Source: Candidatus Latescibacterota bacterium (GTDB lineage Bacteria > Latescibacterota > UBA2968 > GCA-2709665). Taken from it: DNA of 64,000 nucleotides. Position 1 is the first letter of the stretch. Every line of letters starts with the position of its first letter. Positions 9,630 through 20,523 of the stretch are shown piece by piece. The stretch spans positions 352,001 through 416,000 of the forward strand of contig CAXXXF010000006.1 in assembly GCA_963667175.2 (NCBI GenBank). The letters are read 5' to 3'. The translations under genes and the position numbers were made by a program. The notes below the pieces were generated by a model, which was not told the DNA's origin, ran no database searches, and saw nothing but the letters and a program-made list of their open reading frames with translations.

Positions 9630-10673
9630 TCAAAATGCTCTATCTACCAGAAAACTGCACATCTCGCGCATCGTTTCCCTGGCCTCGGAAGGAGGAATCT
9701 CGTTCAGATGCGCTTCGGCGGCGGTCGCCCATTCACGGCACGCGTCTTCGGCGCGTTCAATGGAACCGTAGTGGTTCATCAGTGAAATTGTCCGCTCGAC
9801 CTCATCGATCCGCGTCTCGGATCGGTCCCGATTCAGAATGTCCCGCACCCACGCCTGTTCATCCGGGGAACATCTGTGAAAGAGGTCGATCACCATCAGT
9901 GTCCGCTTGCCTTCGGCGATGTCTCCGCCGCGTTCCTTGCCGTACCCGCCCGAAGTCGTCGCGGGAGCCTGATGCGCATCTTCGGCCCGTACGGTCAGGT
10001 TCAGCAGATCGTCTTTGATCTGAAACGCCACTGCCATTCGCTCGCCAAACGCGCCCACGGCCCGCTGGCGATCGGGAGACGCGCCGGCGACGATGGCGCC
10101 CGCCGTGCAGGGCCCCCTCCCGCTGTACCAGCCCGTTTTCAGACGCAGCATTTCCAGAAAATTCTCAACTCCGGGGATCTCGCCCGACTCGATCCATCCG
10201 ATATCGTATGCCTGTCCTTCGAATGTACGCTGGGCACCGTGAAGCATCTCCTGAATCAGGTCGAGCGCCACCGCGTCGCCGAGGATCTCCCGGTTGGTGG
10301 CGAGTATTTCGAATACCTTCGAATGCAGCGCGTCGCCCGCATTGACGCTCAGCGGCACACCGTGGAGATGGTGAAGACACGGTTTGCCTCTGCGCATTTC
10401 GGAACCGTCTTCGATGTCGTCGTGAACCAGTGCGAAAGACTGGAACATCTCAAACGCCGCTGCCGTCCTCAAGGCCCTGTGGACGTCACCTCCCAGGCCC
10501 TCGCACGCCAGCAGCACCAGCACCGAGCGAAATCGCTTTCCGCCCCGAATCGGATAGTCCCGCATGGGTTCGTACAGATAGCCGAGTGGCTCGGCCTGAG
10601 GCAGGAACTTGAATAGTTCCCCGTCGATGAGAGGCACATAGGAATCGAGATAGCTCTTCAGGCGGTCGTTCAC
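9630..10673 (-). CDS. Polyprenyl diphosphate synthase (IdsA/GGPP-synthase-like)
   Basis: [20 protein letters not shown]...RRGKP, GQAYD, LKTG, second motif [17 protein letters not shown]. Confidence 0.92.
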   Translation of the reverse strand: MNDRLKSYLDSYVPLIDGELFKFLPQAEPLGYLYEPMRDYPIRGGKRFRSVLVLLACEGLGGDVHRALRTAAAFEMFQSFALVHDDIEDGSEMRRGKPCLHHLHGVPLSVNAGDALHSKVFEILATNREILGDAVALDLIQEMLHGAQRTFEGQAYDIGWIESGEIPGVENFLEMLRLKTGWYSGRGPCTAGAIVAGASPDRQRAVGAFGERMAVAFQIKDDLLNLTVRAEDAHQAPATTSGGYGKERGGDIAEGKRTLMVIDLFHRCSPDEQAWVRDILNRDRSETRIDEVERTISLMNHYGSIERAEDACREWATAAEAHLNEIPPSEARETMREMCSFLVDRAF

Positions 10674-10995
10674 CTGCCGCTCCCTCGCGCGCTTCCCCGT
10701 CGTGTCGAATCCATGTCAACCTCGGGCGGCCGATCCGCGTGGGATAACGCCGCTTGCGTACTCAATGCCATGAACGGCAATTTCAGACGTCCAGGGGACA
10801 GACCCGATGCCGGAAAGCACCGGTTCGGGATTAATCGTTGAGAAGGAGTATTGCCAGGGAAGGAGGAGGTCGGGGAAGACTGTGCAAGAAAATATAGCGA
10901 CAAGCATGAATGCGGTCAACTGTTTTTGCATTCGATGGCGCGCCGTCCGCCGATTGCGCGCACGGACAGGTATCGGACCCGCCGGCGCGCCGTCG

Positions 10996-11931
10996 TTACC
11001 AGCGGTAGGCATCGAAGACGATTCTCAAATCCCGCCTCGCCTTCAGATAGTCCGAGTACGGCTTCCGGCTCCGGTTATCCACGCATCGCAGAAAATCCCG
11101 GGTCATCTCCCGATATCCCATCAGATCCGATATGCCGGGTACGTAAAGCCGGCAACCTTCATGAGCCTTCTGCAGGACATACAGGCCATTGCTCTCAAAT
11201 ACGATCTGTCCGTGCGTACCGTGAATGCGGGAGTGCTGAAAGGCGCCTTTCGTGCGGCTCTTCGTGTTCCAGGAATACCATATTTCAGCCTTTACGTCGC
11301 CGGGATAGGTCAATTCGGTTACCGATGACCGTTCCGGTTCTCCCTTTCGGCGTCCGGGAAAGCGCCCGACGACGCGTTCCGGCGCACAATCGAACATCGC
11401 GGAAATCAACGCGACAAAGTGGATACCGCCTTCGAGCAACGCGCCGTACTTTCGTTTCCAGCCGAATGTCGCCTGCGTGAACGTCTTTTTCACCTGTACC
11501 GACCTGATGTCTCCGATCCGGCGCTTCCCGGTCAAGGCCTTGATTCTCCTGAGCAATGGCTTGTAATAATAGTTTTCGGCCACCATCAGCAACGCGCCCG
11601 GATGCATGGCCAGTGCTGCGCCGACCTCATCCACCTCCTCCGGAGAAACGCACATGGGTTTTTCAACCATCACTGCCTTTCCCGCTGACAGAGCGCGGAT
11701 CACCTGATCTTTGTGATACGCGGGAGGGGATGCGATCACCACCGCGTCGAGGCCGGGCGATGCCAGCGCCTCATCCAGACGACTGAAGATGCCGCTGCCG
11801 CGAAAGTCAATATTGAATCGGCGTGCACTATCTTCGGAACGGCTGCAGAAAAACAGCTCGGCGGCGCCCGCCAGATTCTTCGCGTGCAGCCTTGCAATGG
11901 TCCCGCAGCCGACCAGACAGATTTTTTTCAT
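10996..11931 (-). CDS. Gfo/Idh/MocA family NAD(P)-dependent oxidoreductase
   Basis: Likely start MKKICLVGCGTIA (Rossmann fold); DAVVIASP, AGKAVMVEKP, GALLEGGIH. Confidence 0.9.
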   Translation of the reverse strand: MKKICLVGCGTIARLHAKNLAGAAELFFCSRSEDSARRFNIDFRGSGIFSRLDEALASPGLDAVVIASPPAYHKDQVIRALSAGKAVMVEKPMCVSPEEVDEVGAALAMHPGALLMVAENYYYKPLLRRIKALTGKRRIGDIRSVQVKKTFTQATFGWKRKYGALLEGGIHFVALISAMFDCAPERVVGRFPGRRKGEPERSSVTELTYPGDVKAEIWYSWNTKSRTKGAFQHSRIHGTHGQIVFESNGLYVLQKAHEGCRLYVPGISDLMGYREMTRDFLRCVDNRSRKPYSDYLKARRDLRIVFDAYRW

Positions 11932-12049
11932 ATTCCGGATTCCAGGGGAGGGGCGCCAGCGCCCTGCGAGCCGGGCGACTCGACGCCTGCCTGCCGCGAC
12001 GCACGCGGCGCTGGCAGGGCCGAATTCAGGCGATTTGTTTCCTGGACAG

Positions 12050-13546
12050 CTAGCGAAATTCCGCGTCAATGACGTCCGTCACCCTCAGCGCGTTGGCTGC
12101 GATGGTAAGGCTCGGATTCACCCCTCCCGACGTGGGCATGAAGCTGCCGTCGAGGACAAACAGATTGTCGATGCCGCGAAACCTGCAGAATTCATCCAGA
12201 ACGCTGTCTTCGGCGCGGCTACCGAAACGCAGCGACCCCACCGCGTGAGAGAACGTCTCCAGTTTGTATACGCGACGGAACAGGCCTCCCGCCTGCTTCA
12301 AGATGCGTTTGGCCCTGTCTGTCAGATATTCCCTGCGGAGGCGGTCTCCGTCCGAATAACGATGTACGACACCCGTAACCGAAATTCCGTAATCGTCCCG
12401 GCGGGCGGTCAGATGCACGCGATTTTCATATTGCGGCTCATCTTCCGCGATGCAAAGCAGATTCTGTACGTACTGCGCCACAAATGCGGACAGATTTCCG
12501 TATCCGAAGGGCGCGTAATGCTTCAGCACCTCCGGGGCGGGCGTGTAAATGTCCTGGATCGTACCCACCGAGGTGCCCGATCGACCCCTCATGTCTTCGT
12601 AGAAGTCCGTAAAGCACAACTGCTTGTGAAATGTACGGTCGGGATTGGTCCTGAACGGAAAGAGACCGGTGACGACTGCGTTGCAATGCCGCATCAGAAA
12701 TCGCCCCACCAGCCGGTGGTTGCCGAATCGCTCCAGGCCGGAACGCAACAGAATCGCCGGGCTCTGCAGGGCGCCTGCGCTGAGAATCACGATTTTTGCA
12801 TTGAAGTTCACCGCCCGTCCTGACGTCCCGTCGAGACATCGGACCCGTACCACCCTTCCGTTCCGGGCCTCCAGCTGCAGTACGATCATCCCGGGCATGA
12901 CAGTCAGGTCGAATGCCTGGGCTTTTTCCAGAAGTGTCATGGCCACGTCGTTCTTGGCTTCGATGCGGCACGGAAATCCATCGCATGTCGAACATCGGAT
13001 ACACAGCGGCCGCTCATTGTTCGTGAAATTGAGTGCGAGCGGTATCTTGAAGGGACGGTGGCCGAGCGCATTCCCGGCTTTGTATATCCGCTTCGCCGGA
13101 GCCGTGAGTTCGATCCCGCCGAATCGATAGTCCCCGGATCTCGACGGTTCATGCATATCCGCCCCCGCCAGACCATGTACCTCCAGCAGATGCTCAGCCT
13201 GCGTATAGTACGGCTCCATTGAGGCGTAATCGATCGGCCAACTTGAGAAATCCTTCTCACGCAACCGAAGCGACGCCCCACCGTAAAATACCGACATGCC
13301 GCCGACCGCTTCATTCGGATAGACGGATTGATGGCCTCCGTCACCTTCTACCTGTACCGGTGAGCGGCTTCGGTACCGTTGATCGATGAGGATCCCGCGC
13401 GGGCTCCAGTCCAGAGCATCCCGCTTTACCCACCCGCCGCGTTCCAGGAGCAGCGTCCGGAAACCCGCCCGGCTGAGCGCATAGGCCGCGGCGCCGCCGC
13501 CGAGACCCGACCCGATCACGATGGCTTCATAGGGTCGTGAGTTCAT
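12050..13546 (-). CDS. GMC family FAD oxidoreductase
   Basis: IGSGLGG...LLERG, VGGMSVFYGG, CIRCSTCDGFPC, SAGALQSPAILLRSG, HAVGSLRFG, DGSFMPTSGGVNPSLTIAANALR. Confidence 0.93.
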   Translation of the reverse strand: MNSRPYEAIVIGSGLGGGAAAYALSRAGFRTLLLERGGWVKRDALDWSPRGILIDQRYRSRSPVQVEGDGGHQSVYPNEAVGGMSVFYGGASLRLREKDFSSWPIDYASMEPYYTQAEHLLEVHGLAGADMHEPSRSGDYRFGGIELTAPAKRIYKAGNALGHRPFKIPLALNFTNNERPLCIRCSTCDGFPCRIEAKNDVAMTLLEKAQAFDLTVMPGMIVLQLEARNGRVVRVRCLDGTSGRAVNFNAKIVILSAGALQSPAILLRSGLERFGNHRLVGRFLMRHCNAVVTGLFPFRTNPDRTFHKQLCFTDFYEDMRGRSGTSVGTIQDIYTPAPEVLKHYAPFGYGNLSAFVAQYVQNLLCIAEDEPQYENRVHLTARRDDYGISVTGVVHRYSDGDRLRREYLTDRAKRILKQAGGLFRRVYKLETFSHAVGSLRFGSRAEDSVLDEFCRFRGIDNLFVLDGSFMPTSGGVNPSLTIAANALRVTDVIDAEFR

Positions 13547-14327
13547 AGGCGTACAGGATCATCAATCCAATGATTATGATCCAGGCCATATAGTGGTATT
13601 TTTCGCGTGTCTCGATGTAGCGTGTAATCCGAGGCAGATCCGGCCGGAACTTGCCGGACATCGTGCGCTGCACGTAGGTCTTGTAATATTCAACCAGAAA
13701 CCGCTCCAGTCCGCCGTACATGAATATCAGATACCCGAGTGGCACGGGCGCTTCCGGATTGTTCGAAAAGAAAAACAGTGGAGAACAGATGGCCAGCACC
13801 GCTGCAGAACGAAGGAATTTCAGGGGGGCGAATCCTTCAAAGGGGGCGTCCTTATATGCGCCGCCCAGAGAAACCAGCATTCCCGTCGAAAAGGCGACCA
13901 CCGCGAACACCGGAAAGTCCACGATCGGCATTGAGAGAAACAGCAGGGCAAAGACCCCGGACACCAGAACGACGCCGGAGAAGAGGCGCAGCGGTTCGCT
14001 GGTAACCGGCCGGCCGAAGAACGTAATTCTGGAGGGCACGGCGTATTTTGACTGATCTTCCGCTCTGAAGAATCCCTTGTACAGCTCCGCGAGGAACCGT
14101 TCCAGGCCCATGACGGCGAAGAAAACCTGGAAAAGGCTTAGACTCCGAAAACTCTCCTGGAAGGCGGGCAGACCGTAGAGCGCAACGAAGATGACGGCAT
14201 GGAAGTAGATGCTGCGGGGAAAGGTTGGCAGTTTCAGACCTTCATAGGGTGAGTCCTTGAAGGCGCCCCACAGCGACGTGTACAGACCTGAAATCAAGCT
14301 CACGAGAAGCGAGATCCAAAAACTCAT
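13527..14327 (-). CDS. Uncharacterised integral membrane protein with internal two-fold repeat
   Basis: Several hydrophobic helices; motif GA.KD.P.EG...RS...GLERFL.E.YK occurs twice; overlaps the GMC gene start. Confidence 0.75.
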   Translation of the reverse strand: MSFWISLLVSLISGLYTSLWGAFKDSPYEGLKLPTFPRSIYFHAVIFVALYGLPAFQESFRSLSLFQVFFAVMGLERFLAELYKGFFRAEDQSKYAVPSRITFFGRPVTSEPLRLFSGVVLVSGVFALLFLSMPIVDFPVFAVVAFSTGMLVSLGGAYKDAPFEGFAPLKFLRSAAVLAICSPLFFFSNNPEAPVPLGYLIFMYGGLERFLVEYYKTYVQRTMSGKFRPDLPRITRYIETREKYHYMAWIIIIGLMILYAYELTTL

Positions 14328-14391
14328 GGAATGGCGCCCCGGCGGCTGGCATCACAGGGGATAATCGAACGGAATCCCGCCTCGTGCCGGA

Positions 14392-16839
14392 TTACGGCCG
14401 TGCGCTTCCCGCCCTGACCGCGTGCCGGTTCCGTTTCAATCGATCGAGGATCTCCAGTACGGCAGGCAGAACGACAACGGCGGCCACAAAACAGGTCAGA
14501 AGGCCGATCACAGCCAGTTTCCCGATGGAATTCAAACCGGGATGCCTGGCCGTGATGAGACCGAAAAAGCCGATCATCGTGGTCATCATCGAGACGAGCA
14601 TCGCGCCTCCCGTATTCCTGAGGATCACAGGCATGGAATCCGCGCCTTCCTCCTGGTACCGGTGGAAGAGATGAACGCCGTTATCGATACCCATCCCGAT
14701 GATGGTCGGCAGGGCAACCATATTGTAAAAGTTTAACTTCATGCCGGAAACAAACATGCTTCCACACATCCAGATCGCGCCGCAGATGAGCGGCAGCATG
14801 ACGAGCAGTCCGTTTCGGATGCTTCGAAAGTCGATAAACACGATCAGGAAAACGACCAGAAGCGTGATGCCGATCGCCCACCTGCTGTCCCGGATCATCA
14901 ACTTGAGCATATCCGCGAAAATTACGCTGGAACTGGAAGAATAGAAACGCTTCCCGGACTCGGTCGTTATCAGATGGGTGTCATCCGCGAACTCAATGGC
15001 CTGTCGTCCGTCTCGAAGTTGCACGCTGGGATAGATGAAGGCAAAATGGGCCCGGCTGCCGTCTACCGTTGAGAACTTGCGGAGGATGTTTTTCGGAAGG
15101 TCTTCCACGTCCAGCCTCTTCACGTCCATCAGTTCGCGCAACTCGTCCACTCGCTCCTTTTGATCGTCCTTGAGCAATTTCGCGCCGGCGCCGTCCACGA
15201 GTTCGCGAAGTTCGGCAATCAAAGTCAGCTTTTCATCTTCGCGATCGGGCAGGAAGGACCAGAGCGTCCTGATCTTGTCAATTGTGGGTGTCGGGTCGTC
15301 CGACGCGATCTTTCCGTGTACCGCTGCGACGATTTCATCCAGTTCCTCTTTGCCGTCGGCAAGGACCACGCTTGGCGAGTGCGACTCGCCCTTGAATTTG
15401 GAGAGCGAATTGATCTTGTCTTTCACTTTCTTGGACGTCGCAAGATTGGAACGCAGATTTGTGAAATCGTATTCGAACTGAATCCGATCGAGATTGTATG
15501 CCAGGTAAACCGTACCGGCAATGGCAATCGCGAACACGACCGGCGCCATGGGAAACCGGCCCTTTCTGGCGCCGCGTTCGTGTCCGAGAACGTGCCGCAT
15601 TCGCACAAGCTTCAGGCGCTCGTCGGCAAGAACGAGAAATGCAGGAAGCACCATGGTCATGGACACAAGGGACATGATGATCCCCGTGCCGACAATAAAG
15701 CCGAACTCCGAAAATCCCTTGAAATCCGTAATGGTCAGCGAATAGAACGCCATCGAAGTGGTCATTGCAGCGGTGAGGATGGCCTGCCCCGTCTGAATCA
15801 ACATCGTCTCGACCGACTGCCTGACGTCCATGTTCGCCATGCGGTCCTCGAGGTACCGGGAGAACATGTGAATCCCGAAGTCGATTCCAAGACCGAACAG
15901 AATCACAAACAGGAATCCGGTCATCGTGTTCAGGTTGCCGATCACCCAATAGGTAACCGCAAACGCCCACGTCAGCCCCATAACGAGCGGGATAGCAACA
16001 AAAAAGACAGCCAGCGGCTGCCTGAAATAGAACGTGAGAAGCAGGACGACACCTACAAATCCGAAGATTAGCGTTGACTCGATGTCGTCCAGAATGGTGT
16101 CATATTCATCGATCTTATTCTTGAACGACCCTCCGATCGAGACCAGCATATCGGGATGATAGGACATCGGTTTCAGTTTATGCACGGCGTCCTCGAGCAC
16201 GCTGTACATCTCTTTGCTGAAACCGATATTACTCACCGTTCCCGATGCCATGACCTCCACGGCCACGATGGTACTGTCCGGATTGGTATAATAGACTTCG
16301 TGTCCTCGGTCTCCGTTTTCCTTGTACTTCGCTTCAATATCCGAAAAATCCAGCGGCTCGTCGTCTTCCCCATCGTCCAGCCTGAAGAACATCGGCGACA
16401 ACTTCAGCTTTTCCTTCCGGATGCGATCGTCGATCCGAAATTGTATGTCTTCCAGATCCTCGAGATCCATATACAACAACGCGTTGTCTTTGAAGAAATC
16501 GACTTCACGCTTGTAATCGACGTAGTTTACGTATTTCCAGTACTGTTCGGCCTTCAGTTCAACAGCCAGATCTTCCACGAATTGCCGGGACGCCGTGAAA
16601 TCCCCGCATTCCGCCAGAACAACGAGACTACCAACGCCGCCAAGGCGCGCCTTGATATCTTCGAGCGTTCTCACGCTCGGATAGTGTTCCGGTATCAGAG
16701 CCGCGATATCCGTCTCGAGACGCTGAATCAGTCGATAGACGAAAAAGCTGCAAAAAATGGAAAGGAAGGTCGATACAACGATAATAATGGCGTATCGTCG
16801 ATAGACGAAGCCCGCCAAGATCCGCAACCTGTCCTGCAT
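14392..16839 (-). CDS. MMPL/RND family lipid transporter (HpnN-like architecture)
   Basis: Two repeats with GLGIDFGIH and GMGIDNGVH; about 12 TM helices and two large periplasmic loops. Confidence 0.92.
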   Translation of the reverse strand: MQDRLRILAGFVYRRYAIIIVVSTFLSIFCSFFVYRLIQRLETDIAALIPEHYPSVRTLEDIKARLGGVGSLVVLAECGDFTASRQFVEDLAVELKAEQYWKYVNYVDYKREVDFFKDNALLYMDLEDLEDIQFRIDDRIRKEKLKLSPMFFRLDDGEDDEPLDFSDIEAKYKENGDRGHEVYYTNPDSTIVAVEVMASGTVSNIGFSKEMYSVLEDAVHKLKPMSYHPDMLVSIGGSFKNKIDEYDTILDDIESTLIFGFVGVVLLLTFYFRQPLAVFFVAIPLVMGLTWAFAVTYWVIGNLNTMTGFLFVILFGLGIDFGIHMFSRYLEDRMANMDVRQSVETMLIQTGQAILTAAMTTSMAFYSLTITDFKGFSEFGFIVGTGIIMSLVSMTMVLPAFLVLADERLKLVRMRHVLGHERGARKGRFPMAPVVFAIAIAGTVYLAYNLDRIQFEYDFTNLRSNLATSKKVKDKINSLSKFKGESHSPSVVLADGKEELDEIVAAVHGKIASDDPTPTIDKIRTLWSFLPDREDEKLTLIAELRELVDGAGAKLLKDDQKERVDELRELMDVKRLDVEDLPKNILRKFSTVDGSRAHFAFIYPSVQLRDGRQAIEFADDTHLITTESGKRFYSSSSSVIFADMLKLMIRDSRWAIGITLLVVFLIVFIDFRSIRNGLLVMLPLICGAIWMCGSMFVSGMKLNFYNMVALPTIIGMGIDNGVHLFHRYQEEGADSMPVILRNTGGAMLVSMMTTMIGFFGLITARHPGLNSIGKLAVIGLLTCFVAAVVVLPAVLEILDRLKRNRHAVRAGSARP

Positions 16840-16842
16840 GAA

Positions 16843-17466
16843 TCAATCCTTCCCTTTCCCGTCCGCCGCGTCCTCGTTCAGCTTGTCTCTGAGTTTCTTT
16901 ACAAGGCCCTCGTACGACGACTTGCGGATTTCCCTGTAGAACTGAGAACGATTACTTCTGGCAACGCTCAGATCGTCAATCACCATATCATATACCAGCC
17001 ACTCTTCGTTGACGGGGTGGAGCTTGTAGTCAATGTGGCTCTGTTCATCCTTATAGTGGACAATTGTCCGAACGACACCTTCCGTGCTGTCGACCTCCGA
17101 ACCCACGTACTCGATTTTCTCGGATTTCGTATACAGCTTCGGGTCCGCGTAATTCTTCACGATCAGGCGCCGGCACAGGTCCGCGAATTCATCCTGCTCG
17201 ATCTGGGTGCGCCGCTGCCAGTGTCGGCCCAGCGCGACCTCTCCGAACCGGCGGAAATCGAACATATTCTCGACGATCGCCCTCAGCTGCTCCCGCTCTT
17301 CGGCTGTCTCTCCCGCAGTTTCCGAATTTACAATCGCCTTTATTGACGCGTCCCGATTTCTCATCGTCCGGAGCAACCGTTCAGCCTGGCCCGCACTCAG
17401 GGCGACGCCATCACCCCAAAATCCGACAAAAGCATAAAACACAATAATATACGACAAGACTCTCAT
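16843..17466 (-). CDS. MlaC/Ttg2D (HpnM-like) periplasmic lipid-binding protein
   Basis: Signal peptide; FDFRRFGEVALGRHW, IDYKL...WLVYDMVIDDLSV...RSQF. Confidence 0.88.
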   Translation of the reverse strand: MRVLSYIIVFYAFVGFWGDGVALSAGQAERLLRTMRNRDASIKAIVNSETAGETAEEREQLRAIVENMFDFRRFGEVALGRHWQRRTQIEQDEFADLCRRLIVKNYADPKLYTKSEKIEYVGSEVDSTEGVVRTIVHYKDEQSHIDYKLHPVNEEWLVYDMVIDDLSVARSNRSQFYREIRKSSYEGLVKKLRDKLNEDAADGKGKD

Positions 17467-17581
17467 TTTATCCAGTTCCTTTTATGTTCAGAAACAAAAC
17501 GACCCGGCAAAGGAACACCGTTCCGGCCGGCTCGATACCCGTTCAATACTGCCGATAAAACCCCTGCAGCCATCTCTCTCT

Positions 17582-19021
17582 TCAATCCGCCTTTCCCGAA
17601 ACCAGCTTCTCCGCTTCCGTCGTTCGGGTCCGCATGATGTGTCCGATGAATCCGAAAACGGCGCTCACGACCAGGCCGGACCCGAGCACAAAGATCCAGA
17701 ATATCGCCTCGAGGCAGTTCAGAATTGCCAGAACGCAGAACAAAGCAGCGAAGAAGTCCCGGCGGCACGCGAACTTCAATCCGCAGTAGATCCGGTGCAA
17801 ATGTCCACGACGGTCCTCCGGTACCTCGCTCGAAAACCCCATATTGAAGCTGACGATGCTGCCCGATCCGCTATGCTTCAGGTACACGCAGATGAGCAGG
17901 ACAGCAAGCACGTTCAACACGAGGGCAATGAAACCCACCGCGACGACAACCGGCTCCGCCGTCAATTTGTACATCCCGTATATGACGCCTGAGAAGAATA
18001 CAAGATAGGAAACGTTGTCCGCGACCGTATCCAACCATTCCCCGAAGCGGGATCCCGCATATTTGAGCGTCGCGATCTCGCCGTCGCAACCATCGATAAT
18101 TGACGCAAACTGAAAAAGCAGCCCGCCCAGCGCTACGTAAAGGTGGCTCCCTTCCGCCATCGCCCAGCCGGCCAGAAAGGTCACCATCATTGCGGCAATC
18201 GAAATCTGGTTGGGGGTCGCCGGCGTCTTTACCAGGAATTTCGAAATCCAGGCGGAAACCTTCCTGTTGAAATGCCGCGACACCATTCCGTCGGTCGATT
18301 TACCCAGCATCCCGAACAACGCCATTTCTCCCTGGTGCAATGCGTCCGGCGTATCGACGTCCTGCCAGAACAGACCGTCGATTTCCACCGCGCGCATGTT
18401 CCCTTCGGAAGCCAGAATCCGCACCCCGCCCGAGAGTGATTCGTCGCCTTCGGCGATGGATCGTTCGATGCCGTCAAACAGCGCCGGTGTACAAAGGAAA
18501 ATGCCGGTATCCACCGCGTCGTACCGGTCCAGCCCTTTGCCGATACGCAGAATCCGCTCGCCTTCCAGGATGACTTTGGTGGCATCGTCCAGATCCTGAA
18601 CCCGATCCAACCGGGTGTCTACACACAGCGCCGACTCGCTGGCGCTCAACAAGAGGCGGCGCATACGGCTGATGACCCGCGGTTCAAACAGATGGTCCGC
18701 CATCATCAGGAGAAACTGGCCGTCCACAAAATCCCGCGCCTTCAGTACGGAAAGGCCGTTGCCGCGCGTCCATTCGTCGTTTTCAACCCAATCGATGGGT
18801 ACGTCGATCTGCGGATCGTTGGCGATCGCGGTCCGTATTTCATCACCCCGATAACCGATTACAATGGCAAACTCGGTGATTCCCGCCCGTTTTGCGGTCA
18901 GGATAGCGCGCTTCAGCAATCCGACGCCGGCCACTCTGACCAGCGGTTTCGGCCGGCCGCGCCCATGTCCGTTCAGACGGCTGCCCATACCGGCAGCAAT
19001 AATCACTGCCTTATCTGCCAT
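17582..19021 (-). CDS. Bifunctional NTP-transferase / CDP-alcohol phosphotransferase (IPCT/DIPPS-like)
   Basis: N-terminal AVIIAAGMGSRL...PKPL, GNGLS, MADH, DATKV, DTGIF, WQDVDTP; C-terminal TPNQIS and DGCDGEIA...GEWLDTVAD CDP-alcohol motif. Confidence 0.9.
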   Translation of the reverse strand: MADKAVIIAAGMGSRLNGHGRGRPKPLVRVAGVGLLKRAILTAKRAGITEFAIVIGYRGDEIRTAIANDPQIDVPIDWVENDEWTRGNGLSVLKARDFVDGQFLLMMADHLFEPRVISRMRRLLLSASESALCVDTRLDRVQDLDDATKVILEGERILRIGKGLDRYDAVDTGIFLCTPALFDGIERSIAEGDESLSGGVRILASEGNMRAVEIDGLFWQDVDTPDALHQGEMALFGMLGKSTDGMVSRHFNRKVSAWISKFLVKTPATPNQISIAAMMVTFLAGWAMAEGSHLYVALGGLLFQFASIIDGCDGEIATLKYAGSRFGEWLDTVADNVSYLVFFSGVIYGMYKLTAEPVVVAVGFIALVLNVLAVLLICVYLKHSGSGSIVSFNMGFSSEVPEDRRGHLHRIYCGLKFACRRDFFAALFCVLAILNCLEAIFWIFVLGSGLVVSAVFGFIGHIMRTRTTEAEKLVSGKAD

Positions 19022-19034
19022 GAAACCCTCCCCT

Positions 19035-20414
19035 TTACTCCAGAATCGAACTTCCCGTCGCACGCCTCAATGCCACCCAGGCGAGATTAAACTCCAATAC
19101 AGCCTGATAGTACTTTGCGCGGATAATGCCATACTCCTTGACCGCATCGACCATCTCCCCCGCCTCCTCGAGACCGGCATTGAATCCATCTCTTGCGGAG
19201 ACAAACCACCGCCTTGTTGCCCGCCGGGCTTTTCGCGCCGCCTGGATATTCGCTTCAGCCTCAACGAGCGACCGATAGGCGCTTTCAATCTCAAGCCGTG
19301 CGCCCTGAACCGCCAGTTGCGCCTGATAGCTGAGTTTTTCATAGGCCAGCCGGGCTTCCTTCACCCTCGCAGTGGCACCCGCGAATGACAATGACTGCCG
19401 GAAACCAAGGACGGCGCCCAATTGAGTGACGTTGAACTCGTCATTCAGGAAGGGGTTCCGCTGGCGGTCCCTGTTCGGCGCAAGACCGTATTTGAACTGG
19501 CCGGCCAGGAATACCTGTGGAAACAGATCGGTCCGGACGGCGCGCACCTGCGCCGACCGCACCCGCAACCCTTCCCGAAGTTGCCCCACGTCCGGTCGTC
19601 CCTCCGCAAGCGACAGATATCGTTCCAGTGGACGGATCCGGACGTCTACCGGTTTCAGTCTCCCTTCAGCGAGAACGAGTGAGTCAGACTCGGAAAGCCC
19701 CATGAGAGCACGAAGCGCCGACCGTGCGAGCGCATGGCTCTTGACGACCTTATTTGCATTCTCCTCCACGTCGTACGAAAACCTGTCTATCCGGTGCAGA
19801 TCCGTATACGTAAAATCTCCGGTGTCGGCTTCGAGCTTTTCGGCGATCGTTCGCCTCGCCCTGTCAATCTCTTCCCTGGATTCATTCGCCAGGTCCAGGA
19901 GTTGATCTGCCAGCAGGAGCAGATAGTAGGCTCTGGCGACCTGCCGCTCCAGGTCGAATCGGGATCTCTTCAGTCCTGCGCGCTGCGCGCCGATGCCGCC
20001 GGATGCGGCTTCCAATGCCGCGTCGAGTTTGCCGAAGGTGAACAGCGGCTGGACCAGCGACAATTCGGTCCTGCTAAATACACCCATCTGCCGCCAGTTG
20101 CTGACCCCCGTAAGGGCGTCGCCCCGAGCTTCAGGCGAGGGCCCGAAAATCCAGGTGAAATCCAGACGGGGAAGAAAACGCGCGGCGTGTACCTGGCTGA
20201 GTCTATTCTGTGCGATCTCCAGATCGGTCTCGGCGGCCTGTATGGACGGACTCGACGCGAGCGCCATCCTTACGCACCCTTCAAGATCATATCGACCCAG
20301 TCCGGATTCGGAATAAGCGGGACCGACGCCGATTCCCGTCACGCAGATCAGAACAATCGAAACGGGGATCCGCACCCGGTGTGAACTTTTACCACATGTG
20401 TGGAAAAATTGCAA
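19035..20414 (-). CDS. TolC family outer-membrane channel
   Basis: LEGCVRMALASSP, QPLFTFGK, RPDV, LFPQV repeats typical of OEP; start may be GTG 20375. Confidence 0.88.
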   Translation of the reverse strand: MQFFHTCGKSSHRVRIPVSIVLICVTGIGVGPAYSESGLGRYDLEGCVRMALASSPSIQAAETDLEIAQNRLSQVHAARFLPRLDFTWIFGPSPEARGDALTGVSNWRQMGVFSRTELSLVQPLFTFGKLDAALEAASGGIGAQRAGLKRSRFDLERQVARAYYLLLLADQLLDLANESREEIDRARRTIAEKLEADTGDFTYTDLHRIDRFSYDVEENANKVVKSHALARSALRALMGLSESDSLVLAEGRLKPVDVRIRPLERYLSLAEGRPDVGQLREGLRVRSAQVRAVRTDLFPQVFLAGQFKYGLAPNRDRQRNPFLNDEFNVTQLGAVLGFRQSLSFAGATARVKEARLAYEKLSYQAQLAVQGARLEIESAYRSLVEAEANIQAARKARRATRRWFVSARDGFNAGLEEAGEMVDAVKEYGIIRAKYYQAVLEFNLAWVALRRATGSSILE

Positions 20415-20523
20415 CGCTTCCTCCGAAGCCCTCCCTGACGTTCAGTATCCGAGTGCCCACAGAAAAATCCATCAATTATCTGGAAATACTATAGATATAT
20501 TCATCCGACCAGGATTTTTCCAA

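Noticed and set aside
14392-17466. Hopanoid locus (hpnN/hpnM)
   Set aside because: No squalene-hopene cyclase or other hpn genes in the window; the neighbours point to a CDP-alcohol headgroup pathway.
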